Shown here piece by piece: positions 51,578 to 64,000 of a DNA stretch of 64,000 bases. The DNA comes from Octopus vulgaris (lineage: Eukaryota): NCBI GenBank assembly GCA_951406725.2, contig OX597816.1:92752001-92816000 (forward strand). The letters are read 5' to 3'. The position numbers and the translations under genes were made by a program. The notes beneath the pieces were generated by a model that ran no database searches, was not told the origin of the DNA, and saw nothing but the letters and a program-made list of their open reading frames with translations. The stretch's first letter is position 1. Each line of letters opens with the position of its first letter.

Positions 51578-53232
51578 GGCTGTTATGCCTGTTATGCTTA
51601 CATTTGACAGAAGTTTTGATGGGAATATTCCACTAGTTTTCCTTGAGTTGGTGTTTATGAATGTGTTCAATAACAGAGGGATTTTCTAAGTTTACTTCAG
51701 GACAGTCTTTTTTGCGGATGGCATTCTTAATTGTTTAGCAACAATATAGTGACGACATTTTAGGACAGCTGCTAAACATATGCGTAATGTCTTCCACAAA
51801 ACATGACATAGCCTAAACTTGCTGTTGCGCCTTGGGATTACAAGGGCGTCACTGTCTCTTTTGTTCACCAGGTACTTGGTGGCAATCTCCTGTTCCTAGA
51901 TTGCAAACACATAGCCTTCAAAGTGTGATGTGATGTAGTGATCTAGTGTCCAAGAGATGCTGCGCTTTGTGTCAATTCTACTATTTTCTTCAAGCTTCCG
52001 GGAAACATACCCATGCATGGTCTTTTTTTCGTATGCTGAGTGCTTTCCATCCAAGTCTTCTCTGAAGTAAGAGAGCCCAGCTGTGCAGATCATCAGGAAG
52101 GGGGTGTTTCTTGAGGAGTTCACTGCCAACTCGTACAATGTTACTTCACTTTTCAGGACTGCATTAATATAATTATTTTTGCTGTTGTTGTTTAGTAGGT
52201 ATTGCCTGAGTGATACCACACAGCATTCGAAGGCTGTCAGCACTGATTTCAGGCATCTATCACCTTCATTTCTTTTTAGGTAGAACCTATCAACATCACA
52301 GTTTATGTGGAAGTTTCCAGTTGTTGTTATGATTTTGCAGGTTTCATCTATGGAATGAATTTCCTCTGCAGACCAATCAGGTATCCCAAATGTTGGGATC
52401 CGTACTGGTACTGCAAATGTATTGTGGGATATTGTTTTGTTGTAAGAGGAGAGTTCCGACTGCCGTATTTTCTTAAGTCTGGTGTAATATTCTTGGGTCA
52501 CTATCTTTATTCACAGTGCCTTCATATGATACATTTTTGTCTATGTCTAGGTACGTGTAACATTCTTTGTGTGGAATGGAGGAGATAGAGAAACTGTTGA
52601 TGTACAGGTTTGGGGTTTGGGGCACTGACTTTCCTCGTTCTATAACCAAATATGAACATTTCTTTTGGTCAAATTCCATACTTATATCAGTGGAAAATGT
52701 TGTGATTAATTCCAGTTGTTTTTTGACATTGTTAACACTTTTAGCATAAATCTTCAGGTCATTTACAAAGAAATTTTGAGTTACATTGATATTTCTGGCA
52801 TTTGAAGATCCTAGCATGTAACCATTTGCTTTCTGCAATAGGAACGACAATGGATACAGTGACAAAATGAAAAGATGTACAGAAAGACTATCTTCCTGGA
52901 ATATTCCTTTTGTAATGCCTATACTATTAGAAACAATTATTCTGTTCTCAGTTGTAAGTGTAAGAATAGTTGTCCATGTCTTTGTGAGTCTCTTTATAGC
53001 AGTAATTAAGGAAGTAGGTACCTTTGCAAGATGTAGGCACTTCAACAGCCATGAATGAAGGATAAAGTCGAATGCCTTCCTATAGTCAAGCCATACTGTC
53101 ACAAGGTTTCTGCATTGTTTTCTTACTTCAGACAGTACAGTTTTGTGTATTAAAAGTTGTTCGATAATCCCCACACTCCTTTCTCTCCACCAGCCTGTTC
53201 ATCCGTCACAATGTTGTTCGACTCACAATGGT
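51578..53232 (-). mobile_element. R4/Dong-like LINE RT region plus degenerate CCHC, truncated at both ends
   Basis: EQAGG..GVWG, WLDYRKAFD, GIFQEDSLS, FFVNDLK, EQEIATKY, RLCH..EDITHMFSSC. Confidence 0.92.
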
Positions 53233-54082
53233 CATGTATGTATGTATGTATGTATGTATGTATGTATGTATGTATGTATGTGTGTATGCATGTATGTATG
53301 TATGTATGTGTGTGTGTATGTATGTGTGTATGTGTGTGTGTATGTGTGTGTATGTGTGTGTGTATGTATGTATCTGTCACTGAGTAGAAAAATGTACGCC
53401 ATACTTGTCTACATATCTTTCTTAAGTCTAATTATGAAACGCTATTTCTCAGCTGGAGACCAATTCCCTCCCTATTGAAGAAATATTCAGAATATATAAG
53501 CAGAAAATAAATGTGTAACAGAGTCATATCAACTCACTCACTCACACAAACTTATGTATACTGGTCATTTACTGCAGAGGTAGCTTAGTAATAATCGAAG
53601 TTTTTCAAGCGAGCGATGTTATTTAAATTAGATCCCCAAAGCCGCATTTACAGCTGATCCTCAATATTATGTTATTAATATCTATCTAGTGATGTAAATA
53701 GATGTGGCATGAGAGAAGAAAACAAGAAGGTAAAGAGGCAAGAAATATATACGAGTGTGATAACGGATATTATTAGTTCAAAGTCCAATTAGTTATTTAC
53801 ATATTTCCGCTTATTAATTGACCGACCAACTGACGCTGCATCGTATTAGAATCATTTATATCTTACCCATGTCATATGCTCAACTAAAGCATGAATTTGA
53901 TATTACTTTTCATCCATCAAATCTTGCATTAATCAAAGTAGGTTCTCCGGTCATATCTTCAGGACTGGTAGCTGATACCATATTTAATCACTACTACTAC
54001 TGCTGTTGCCGCTGCTGCTACCACTACTATTACTACTACTATAACAAATAATCATAATAATAATTCTTCCTAAGTTTAATAC

Positions 54083-54258
54083 AATTTTGAACGCCGGAAG
54101 AGTGAATTACATCAACTCCAGTTCTGAACGGGTACTTATTTTATCAAATCCGAAAATATGAAATGTAAATTCGACCTGGGCAGAATTTGAACTCAGAACA
54201 TAAAGAGCTGGAAGAAACTCTGCAATTTTCTCCGATGCTTAAGCGTCCTGCCAGTCCA
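54083..54258 (-). mobile_element. Degenerate Meta-domain-like SINE
   Basis: ggtacttattttatc...tgaaatgtaaattcgacctgggcagaatttgaactcagaac matches 25050-25120. Confidence 0.7.
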
Positions 54259-54466
54259 GATTTATTTTATCGCTCACAAAGTCCCAAGGCGTTGGAGATT
54301 GTAAAAGGGCGAAATAAAAATAAAAATAACAAACACGTTAGTGATTTACATCAAATAAGACGGCGATATCAACAAAGCCACAAAGATATATTGATAAATA
54401 AATAAATAATAAATACCAATAACAACAAGGGCACTCACAGAGCTCCAAAGCAACACCAACGTCCTT

Positions 54467-55330
54467 ATTTCTTTAATTATGCACAAGGCCTCAAAACAGA
54501 AGCGTCAACACAAAAGACAGACAAAACAATACATTGGGGTACATAAAAACATATAACGAATGAATCATGACTATAAAGGAAAATGAGAATGAAATGGCTT
54601 TTCTACCCCGCAAAGCAGGTAGTTCCATTTTACTGGTCTTTTTAATAAAGTGTGTACTTATCAGCCTTGCATCTTGTTAGTTTTCCTTTTGTTTAAACAT
54701 CCATACAAAGTCACACCATATGTTTCATCAAATCGTCAAATATTACCACTGGTGGCAATTCATCGTAGCAAATATGAATTCCTGTTATCAATATCCTATC
54801 ACCAAATATTTCCTGCAACCTTCTTGCTCTTTCTTCCTCCAACAGCACCGATTTCTCGCCTCGATTGTACTCATTGTCAACCACTTTAACCCTTATTACA
54901 TATTCCATTTTTGAAAGTTTTTTTTCTATCTCTACACTCTTTTTGTAACAAATCATAGTTCTTTCATATTTCCCCTTCGGTGACTCTCTCTGCTGTTCCT
55001 CACCACTCTCTTCCTCTGTTGCTGGTATTCCCGTCTCTGTTTGTCCTTCCTTCTCACTTTCATGTCTCTTCTTCCGTCCTCCCTTCTCCTTACTAGTTGA
55101 AGTCAACGGTCTTTGTTTGTATTCGTTCCTCACTTGGCTCCTCATTCCTTCTTTTCTTGTTCTTGTTTTCCTCTGCTTTTCTTTTCTTCTTCGGGAATTT
55201 AGGTAGAGATTCCACATTACTCCTCTTTCTTTCTACCACTATATATTTTCCCACCATTTCCTCCTCCTCCGCTATTGCGCCCTTTTATTCCGGACGCTCC
55301 TTCTCCGCCTCCTCTAGGTGTCGAAGTGAT
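54467..55330 (-). mobile_element. Putative non-autonomous retroelement with a single charged ORF (54711-55217) and a LINE-like 3' tail
   Basis: 168-codon purine-rich ORF (K/E/R-rich, then a mixed-composition segment); 3' terminus similar to 12316 and 25142; no RT or endonuclease motifs. Confidence 0.45.
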
Positions 55331-55699
55331 CGCAGAGCAAGTAAACAACGCACCCCGCGGTCCAGGAATTGAAAACTCAGTCTCGTGAGCGCAACACCTT
55401 AACCACTAGGCCATGCGCCTTCAAGGTCAGTTAGTAGTGCCATGGCTGTTATCATTACAAGCCGTGGAACATTGTACTGCTAGGTCATGATAGTCTATAA
55501 AAGAAGGGATGACTCTTTAGCCTTGCCTGGCAAACCTCGAGATATGGTGTCTCAATAAAAACAGTAGTAGTTGGCTCACGTTCATACTACAATCCTGTAC
55601 TGCACATATATTTTACAGTGACACTGTATTAAAACACAAACGATAGTTTCACAAATATATTTGGACAAAAATTATTTCTTATCTAAAAGTAACATTGAT

Positions 55700-57116
55700 T
55701 ACGAACAGAAGAGCTAATTTAACAAGACATCCTTTAAACAAAGACATTATCAGATAAAGCAATAGAAAACTTAAAAGAAATAATATAAAACGAAGACACA
55801 AGCAACACACAAAAATGCAAACAACGAGAATAAAGAATATAATACTAATCACAAAAGCCCTAGAAGATGTTCCAAAATACTAAACACTAAAATCAGAACT
55901 ATAATAGGAAAATACGAATAGAAATAAAAATTAATATGATAAACGAAAATATGAATAAAGAGAATATAGAGACAGATTTATAAATAGATATTTCTAAAGA
56001 TGGAAATTCTGAATATGATAATAACCTAAAGGTGAGAATACTTAAAGAATTAAAATCGATAGAAAATTTTACTGAGGGCCACCGAAAGCACATCCCAATG
56101 ATAAAAACTTAACGATGAAATAGCAAAAAGAATAAAATATGAAAGCATGACCATCACAAATATGATCAACGAAATCACCAGCATAAACAAAGTAATGTAT
56201 GCAGAAGTCCGGCAATTAAAAAGGAATGTGAAACTACCTCGAATCTACTTATTTGTGAAAATCAAAACCTTAATAAAAACCGAGTTAAGCAAACATACAG
56301 AGAAAGGCAAAAAAAAAAAAAAATACTATGAGAATATGACTAATAAAGAAAAACGTACTTGAAATCAAAGAACTCTTGAAACAAGCGCTTCTCGTTAAAC
56401 TGCAAAGAATCAAACTTTACGAAAAGACCGATTAAACAAAACAAACAGATACAATCTATCTCACCGCGATTTTATCAAAGAAGAATTAAAATAAATATCA
56501 ATCATTAGAGCTCCAGTACGAGTAAAACATGAATTCTATGGGCAGTGAAAAGATTACCACAGACGAGAATTTTCTAAACTTTAAGAGCAATACTTGAAGA
56601 GCCCTGCAAGACTATATTAACTCCAAAAATATCGCAGGCGCTACAAAAAAAAACAAAAATTTTTATGGTATAACATGAAGGCACAAAGAAATGACAAAAC
56701 CTTAAAATTTATGCTTGAAATATTTAAGAGGCAAGTAGAAAGTACTAACAAGAATATCTAACAACCCACTGAAAGTATCGGGAACGAAGTAATAGCTAAA
56801 TTGCAAGGTTTGAGAAAAAGATATTCCTCTTATTGAAAGCAGTTGGTATTAAAGCGGTAAGTAACCAGCTATATAACAACTTCTTAGAATGTTGCAAGGT
56901 ACAAAAGAATAGACATAGAAAAAAAAATTAAGAAAATGTTTCCCTAACAGGCGTAGGAGTGGCTGTGTGGTAAGTAGCTTGCTCACCAACCACATGGTTC
57001 CGGGTTCAGTCCCACTGCGTGGAACCTTGGGCAAGTGTCTTCTACTATAGCCTCGGGCCGACCAAAGCCTTGTGAGTGGATTTGGTAGATGGAAACTGAA
57101 AGTCCCGTCGTATATA

Positions 57117-57201
<85 letters not shown>

Positions 57202-57590
57202 TTGTCTGTGTTTTTCCACTCACCATCGCTTGACAACTGATGCTGGTGTGTTTAGGTTCCGGTAATTTAGCGGTTCGGCAAAAGAGAACGATGGAGTAAG
57301 TACTAGGCTTACAAAGAATAAGTCCTAGGGTCGATTTGCTTGACTAAAGGCGGTGCTCCAGCATGGCCACAGTCAAATGACTGAAACAAGTAAAAGAGTA
57401 ACATCCGAAATGCGATTAACTCAAGATTTAAAAGAATTATAAAGAGAATTATGAAGTCTATAGGAAATGATAAGAGAATCCTATGGGACAGATGTTCAAG
57501 GAAAGAAACTACTAGAGTAGAAATACAGTTTAGGAGGGAGTCGATAATAGTGAAAGAATGTGAATTAGCAGAGGGGCGAGTCACTTGATT
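55700..57590 (+). mobile_element. Very degenerate R4-like LINE region, interrupted by a SINE
   Basis: A-rich strand; INEITSINKVMYA and LKQALLVKLQRIKLYEK resemble the R4 pre-RT region; weak RT-like traces after 57400. Confidence 0.5.
56949..57400 (+). mobile_element. Octopus-SINE, full length
   Basis: aggcgtaggagtggctgtgtggtaag ... gactgaaacaagtaaaagagta. Confidence 0.95.
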
Positions 57591-57959
57591 GATAACCCAA
57601 AAACGAAGTACAAGAGAAGAAAGTTCAACAGAACAATTACTATGTAAATATGTGTAAAGTTAAAGAAGAAATATTCAGCCGGTGAAAATTTTGTCGAAGT
57701 TAAAATGCGAAACACGGAACTACCATTTAAGTGTGTTTTTAGCCTTCTATATAATGCTACAAATGCGCATTTGATTTCGATGAAGGAGAAAACACCAGTA
57801 GAACACCAATCCAAAAATAGCAATATTCTATACTCACCTATGGGATCACACAGTAGGATCGAATCGGGGTACTCATGATTGCGAAGTGGACTTCTGAACT
57901 TTTAGCCATGTCTTGGTCCACTCCTCCACCCACCTTTCTCTTCCTCTCTCTCTCTCTCT

Positions 57960-58140
57960 CTTCGAAACGCGGAGTAGACGAAACAAGAACAACTGAAGAA
58001 GGGGAATATTCCTTATGTTGTATGTCTTGTACTCTGTTTTTCGTTGTTTGAAAAAAGTTCGTTTCTATGTTTTTGTTTTTATGTTTTCGTTTCTCATTGT
58101 GTTCAACGTTTTTTTGATGTCCTGTACCCATATATGCATG
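57960..58140. repeat. Unclassified repeat-like block
   Basis: T-rich block bounded by CT and TA tracts; no coding signal; no second copy seen in this window. Confidence 0.3.
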
Positions 58141-60045
58141 TATATATACATATAGATGTAGGTATGTACATATATGTATGTATATATGCATATATTTATA
58201 TATTATTTATATTATATTATATATATATATGTAATCGAAGGTGGAGATCGAATATCCTTAACGTAATTTAACTAGGCAGTCCATTTAGAACAGGTGTGTA
58301 GCTCCAACATCTTCAGTTCCTTTTAAAATAGTTTGCTATCGAACTCATGGACTCTTCAATTTCCCCCTAAGATCTGCCAAAGTAGATACCTACACTAGAC
58401 CACAATTTCCACATCTATTACTTTTCGAAGATATTTCTCCTAAGTATATATTGTATATACACAACATGTATTCGACATATGTAATCTTACACCAAAACAG
58501 AAAAGTTTTCTTCTGGAATGTTTACATCTCTTCCTTTGCAATATTTTCTTTATAGAGTTAAATAAAATTACATCGTATAAAATCTTATTGACGGATTACC
58601 TCCCAAACCTATTAATGTTTCCAGTTTTTCCCCTTCATCTCCAGCTTTCGCAACAGCATATTAACTGTTCCTATAACATATTAAACTTATAGGAATATGG
58701 TATCTAATGTCAGATGATATGAAAATGCTAAATTCTATGGCTTTAACACTTTCATACCAGTCCACAGACCATGTGAAGTTAGTGATCGTGGTTTTCAATT
58801 TCCTTTCTATTCAAAAGGCCATATTAAATTTTGGCCAACACCATCTGAACGTCAAATGTTTGATTTATATTACAAATATAAAATAAAAGGCATTAACGAA
58901 ACCAGTAGATTTTTTTTCATTGTTCCATGCACGATCAGTTTTATTTAATTATTGAAAGTGGGTGCTTTTTTTGTAAATCACTGAGTGAAAAGATTTTAAA
59001 TATTAGACTTCTGTTATATTTTTTTCCTAGTGAGTGAAACTTCTGAAGAGCATATTCAATAAAAGTCAACCCGATTGGTATTTTTTCCTTAATTTATGGA
59101 AGTGAGCACGAACCCTTGTTCTGTTTCGTGTAACGAGGTGCTATAAGAAGCAACAATAAGACAAGTTCGTTGCATGCATGTCTGACATAAAGGGAGACCG
59201 TTATTTGTAGCAGTGATTGATGAGTGACTATTTTAGTTAATTTTGATAGCGTATAAACTACGGTGATGGTCACCAACAACAATAACAAAAAGAATAATTA
59301 ATTATTTAACAGACCTTTTGATCGTAAACATTTCAAAATCAATGATACATAGAACTAATTTTAAAGCAGTTTAACAAAATATCAGTTTTACAGTCTTCTA
59401 TTCCATTTCAAATTATTTTATTTAAAACAGTGACACGTAGACATTGTGGGTATTGCACATGCATTTATTTGAATTCGCGTCTTTAACATGTATGCGTCGC
59501 CCATTCAGCCCAAGCGTTAATCATTAACGCACACCTAACGCTATTTATTCACTACTATTCCTGGATGAGACAGCGATGGCGTCCTTTCTCGGATTATTTA
59601 CGCTGTGTCCTTGAGAAGGAAACTGAACTCGTTCAACTGTAATCTACCGAAGCTGTTTCATTCGACAAAATGCTAACATTTTCCTCTCTTAGGTGTCATT
59701 AACTCAATGGTATAACATCCGTCGTACTGTATAATTGCAATTGATGCTTGCAGTATTAAATTGTAATCCTGTTAACGATATATTCACGTTTCCTTCTGTT
59801 GTGGATAATTAAGCTTAAACACTGCTGCGGTGTTTAGATATTGAATAAAATATATCGTTGTTCCTGTATATTCTACTATTAAGAATAGTTAACTTACATT
59901 TTTAAAAAATAATTTGTAGACAAAAGTTGTTGCATGGCTGCATTTAAACTTGCTGATATAGTCCATATGTGTATGTCACTGTTATGTATGTATGTATGTA
60001 TGTATGTATGTATGTATGTATGCATGCATGCATGTATGCATGCAT

Positions 60046-62260
60046 GCGCCATGCCCACAGTGTGTTGCTGCACAGAGAACTGTCTACTGTGCAGCGAAGT
60101 CTAGCACTTGCCCGCTATAACAGGGTAAAATCACTACTGCAGCGATCTCTCAGGAAGATGCAGAACACTTGGTGGGAGGATCTTGCTCGTGATGTTCAGG
60201 CTGCTGCTGATGCAAATGACAGCAAGAAGCTTTACCATCTTATGAAGCGAGCTTATGGACCTAAGAGCTCCACATCAGCTCCTTTGCTTTCCAAGGAGTC
60301 TTCCACTCTGTTTACTAAATCAACAGAAATCACAGGTCGTGGATCGAACACTTCTCTGAACTCCTAAACCATGAGTCAGTTGTGGATGAAACAGTAATTG
60401 ATACTATGAAACAAAGACCTATCATTGACTCCTTAGACTTCTCGCCATCAATACATGAAGTAATGACATCAATAAGTAAATTGAATCTTGTTAGGGCACC
60501 TGGAAAGGAAGGAATTTGTGCTGAGGTCTTGCGATTTGGTGGTAATTGCATCACACAGTTCCTTCGTGAACTTATTAGTGTAGTCTAGAGGGATGGTGCA
60601 ATCCCTAAGGACTGGAAGGATGCAATTATTCTTCCTCTATATAAAGGAAAAGGAGCCAGAACAATGTGTGGTAACTACAGAGGTGTTGCTCTATTATCAG
60701 CTGCTGGGAAGGTTCTGAAAAATATTCTTCTTACCCGCCTGAATGGGTGTCTCGTAAATGATGTCCTATCTGAATCTCAGTGTGGCTTCCGATCTGGTAG
60801 AGGGACAATGGATATGATTTTCACAGCAAGACAGATGCAGGAGAAGTGCTATGAGCAGGATCTTGTCCAGGTATTCATTGATTTAACTAAGACCTTTGAT
60901 ACTGTAAATAGGGCCTTTCTATGGAAAATGCTTGGCAAACTTGGATGTCCGGATCACTTTGTATCTATAATTAAATCATTTCATGATGGGATGGAGGCTT
61001 GGGTCAATGTTGGTGGTGCCATGGCGGGACCCATTCCTGTAGAGAATGGTGTTAAGCAGGGTGACATCCTTACCCCAACTCTCTTTTCTTTGTACTTTGC
61101 TGCTACTTTTACTCATGCTTTTGCTAAGGTTAGCTCTCTGGGAATATATGTCAGATATCGATCTTCTGGCCGCCTCTTTAATCTTCGCCGATTTACTGCC
61201 AATTCAAAGGTTTCCCAGTCTATTATTCGTGACCTCCTTTATGCAGATGACTGTGACTTAGTCACTCATACAGTGGATGACATGCAAATACTCATGAATT
61301 GCATTTCTGCTTCTTGCAGGGCATTTGGACTCAGCATTAGCCTGGACAAGACTGTTGTAATGTTCCAGCCTGCACCAGGAAATCCATATATATAGAACCA
61401 GCTATCTTGGTTGAAGGAACAATTCTGAAGGTAGTAGACAAGTTTGTCTACCTGGGCAGCACACTCAGCCGTTCTTGCTCCCTGGATGAGGAAATATCTT
61501 TCAGGTTGCAGAGAGCAACTAATTCCTTCCGGTCTCTTCAGTCTCGTGTCTGGTCCCAACATGGCATCGCAAGGAGAACAAAAGTTGCTGTGTACCGTGC
61601 TTATGTACTGACATCGCTTCTCTACTCATGTGAGACATGGACTCTGTACAAACGTCAGGTAAGGGTCCTTGAACGTTTTCATCAGAGATGTCTCAGACAC
61701 ATTCTCAATGTTGGCTGGATCTCAAAAATTCCAGACATACAGATCCTGAGGACAGCTGATATCTTGAGTATTGGGGCGATGGTACACAAGCACCGGTTGC
61801 GTTGGACTGGACACCTTATTAGAATGGAGGATAGAAGGATTCCTAAGCAGATGCTCTGTGGAGAAATTGTGAATGGAAGGAGACTCCGGCAGAAACCAAG
61901 GCTGCGATTTAAGGACTGTGTCAAGTCCTCGTTAAAGGCCTTTGATATGCAGGACACTTACTGGGAGAACAATGCCTGTAATCGCCACAGATGGAGGAAC
62001 CAGGTTAATGAGGGATCGACACTTTTGAGAGAGAACGCATCCAGCATGAAGAACTTAAGCGAGCTGCGCGAAAGCGCACGGCTCGTATAGTGAATGGGGA
62101 AAGCTTGGTCTGCAATGTTTGCAGTTGTGTATGCTTGTCAAGAGCAGGGCTCATTAGCCACCAACGGAGCCGCAAATGCAAAATATAAGTTAGTCCTAGA
62201 GCGCACAATGTTCCTGAAGGTCGGCAATGGTCTTCCTCGGTCACGAGTGGACGGCCATCA
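60046..62260 (+). mobile_element. RTE-clade LINE, 5'-truncated, near-intact RT with C-terminal Zn-finger-like motif
   Basis: GNYRGVALL, ESQCGFRSGRGT, FIDLTKTFDTV, GVKQGD, LLYADD, FVYLGS, HRLRWTGH, CNVC..LISHQR; only a few stops and frameshifts; (TATG)n on both sides. Confidence 0.97.
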
Positions 62261-62780
62261 TGTATGTATGTATGTATGTATGTATGTGTGTGTGTACACT
62301 CACACAGAAAGCAGCGAATTGGCCGAGTCTTTAAAGAATCGGATTGAATGTCTTGCTGCATTTATTCCGGTTGTCTATCTTTTGATTACAAATTTCACCT
62401 ACGACAACTTCCCTTTTCATCATTGGAATGGATAAATAGAGTATCAGTCAAGTGATGGGGTTAATTTCCCCCTCTCCGTCTCTCTCTAAATTTTAACTCT
62501 CTCACAATCGCCTTTCGCTGACAACAATATTCGACAAAGATTTCATCATGTGCATATAGTACTTTTATTTGGAAAATTTAATGTCTAATTTTCCCCATTT
62601 CCTACGGGAAATTTATTTGCAATATCTTCTGACGACTATTTCTTGTATAGCGTTAGATTTAGAGTTCATTCGAAAACTTTTTCAAGTTAAAGGCTGCTGT
62701 TTAACAAATGTATAAAAGAATTATTTCATATGAAATCTTATAATAATTCTGCTTGTCATTGCGTTACTTAGCCCGTCGGT

Positions 62781-63010
62781 AACGCTTTCACGGGATTAGA
62801 GAAAAGGGGGGAGAAGAAAAAGAGGAAAGGAGAAAAAAAGGGAGAGGGAGACGTCCATGACATAAGATAGTGGGAAAGTAATTGCAACGCTTTCACGTGA
62901 TTAGTTGATGGGAAAGAGAGGAGAAAGAAAGAAGAGAAATGAGGATAAAGCGAAGACTGAGACAAAAAGAAGGAGAAAGAAAAAGTGGGAGAGAGAAGCG
63001 TCCATGACGT
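62781..63010. repeat. Two diverged tandem units aacgctttcacg.gattag...cgtccatgac with purine-rich spacers
   Basis: Units start at 62781 and 62886. Confidence 0.75.
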
Positions 63011-63261
63011 GAGGTGGGGTATCGTAATATTTATTACTTCGTTAAAAAGGTTAGTTGAAGGTAGAGGAGGAGAGTTAGAAATATAATTTTAGCAGAGGGG
63101 TGATGTTCTGATGGTGAGGTTAAAGAAAGGCAGAGAGAGAGGAAGAGGGGAGAGGAGAGTGAGAGATGATGATGGTTGTGGTGATTGGATAGGGAAAAGT
63201 GTATTTTTTATCACCTATTACTTAAAGCATGCATTTATGTGCGAATCTCTTTCTCTCTTTC

Positions 63262-63663
63262 TCTCTTTTACTTGTTTCAGTCATTTGACTGCGGCCATGC
63301 TGGAGCACCGCCTTTAGTCGAGCAAATCGACCCCGGGACTTATTCTTTGTAAGCCCAGTACTTATTCTATCGGTCTCTTTTGCCAAACCGCTAAGTGACG
63401 GGGACGTAAACACACCAGCATCGGTTGTCAAGCAATGCTAGGGAGACAAACACAGACACACAAACACACACACACACATATATATATATATACACATATA
63501 CGACAGGCTTCTTTCAGTTTCCGTCTACCAAATCCACTCATAAGGCATTGGTCAGCCCGGGGCTATAGCAGAAGACACTTGCCCAAGATGCCACGCAGTG
63601 GGACTGAACCCGGAACCATGTGGTTGGCTAGCAAGCTACTTACCACACAGCCACTCCTGCGCC
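63262..63663 (-). mobile_element. Octopus-SINE, full length
   Basis: Reverse complement of 56949-57400. Confidence 0.95.
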
Positions 63664-64000
63664 CAGTGAAATATTCATGTTTATTTACGTGGCAGATATA
63701 AGCAATTTAACTAAAGGTTGTATCATATATACGGGATATTTTGTTTGTTTGTTTATGGGAAAAGGGGGAAATAGTAGTGAATACTTATTCTATGAGTGCT
63801 GTGTATTAAGTCTATAAGATTGTGCATAAAGTATATAAAGTGAATTAAGTAATCATCGTATTCCAATTCCCTTCACTTTTCAATTTTTAGCAGATGAGCA
63901 ACTACCTTTCCATACAGACACAACACGGGCTTTGCTTTCAGCTTTTGCGGATAAAATTTTCAGAAATAACCCAATAGGTTTACCATTAAATCCGTGAAAT

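Noticed and set aside
166-63701. Numerous ORFs rich in YI, HT, CV, RE, YLSI or poly-Y, and recurring RLPNPLTRLWSARGYSRRHLPK peptides
   Set aside because: Translations of microsatellites and Octopus-SINE copies, not genes.

Overview
AT-rich eukaryotic genomic DNA, almost certainly octopod cephalopod (Octopus-type), inferred from many copies of the tRNA-headed Octopus-SINE and very dense (TA)n/(CA)n/(TATG)n/(GATA)n microsatellites. Most ORFs in the track are microsatellite or SINE artefacts, and I found no intact, recognisable host gene. The window is dominated by transposon remains: several SINE families, mariner/Tc1 relics and MITEs, a hAT-type MITE, a near-intact 5'-truncated RTE LINE, several R4/Dong-like RLE-LINE fragments, and Penelope-like fragments carrying hammerhead ribozyme cores. 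The most unusual non-TE signal lies at about 2.7-17 kb (possibly also 35 kb). It is a local cluster of decayed, exon-like paralogous segments in both orientations that encode Cys-spaced, helical-looking modules ([IVL]xxC[FILM], KCxxxG) of a family I cannot name. Their 3' UTR/flank looks better conserved than the coding part. All alignments were made by eye and need computational confirmation.
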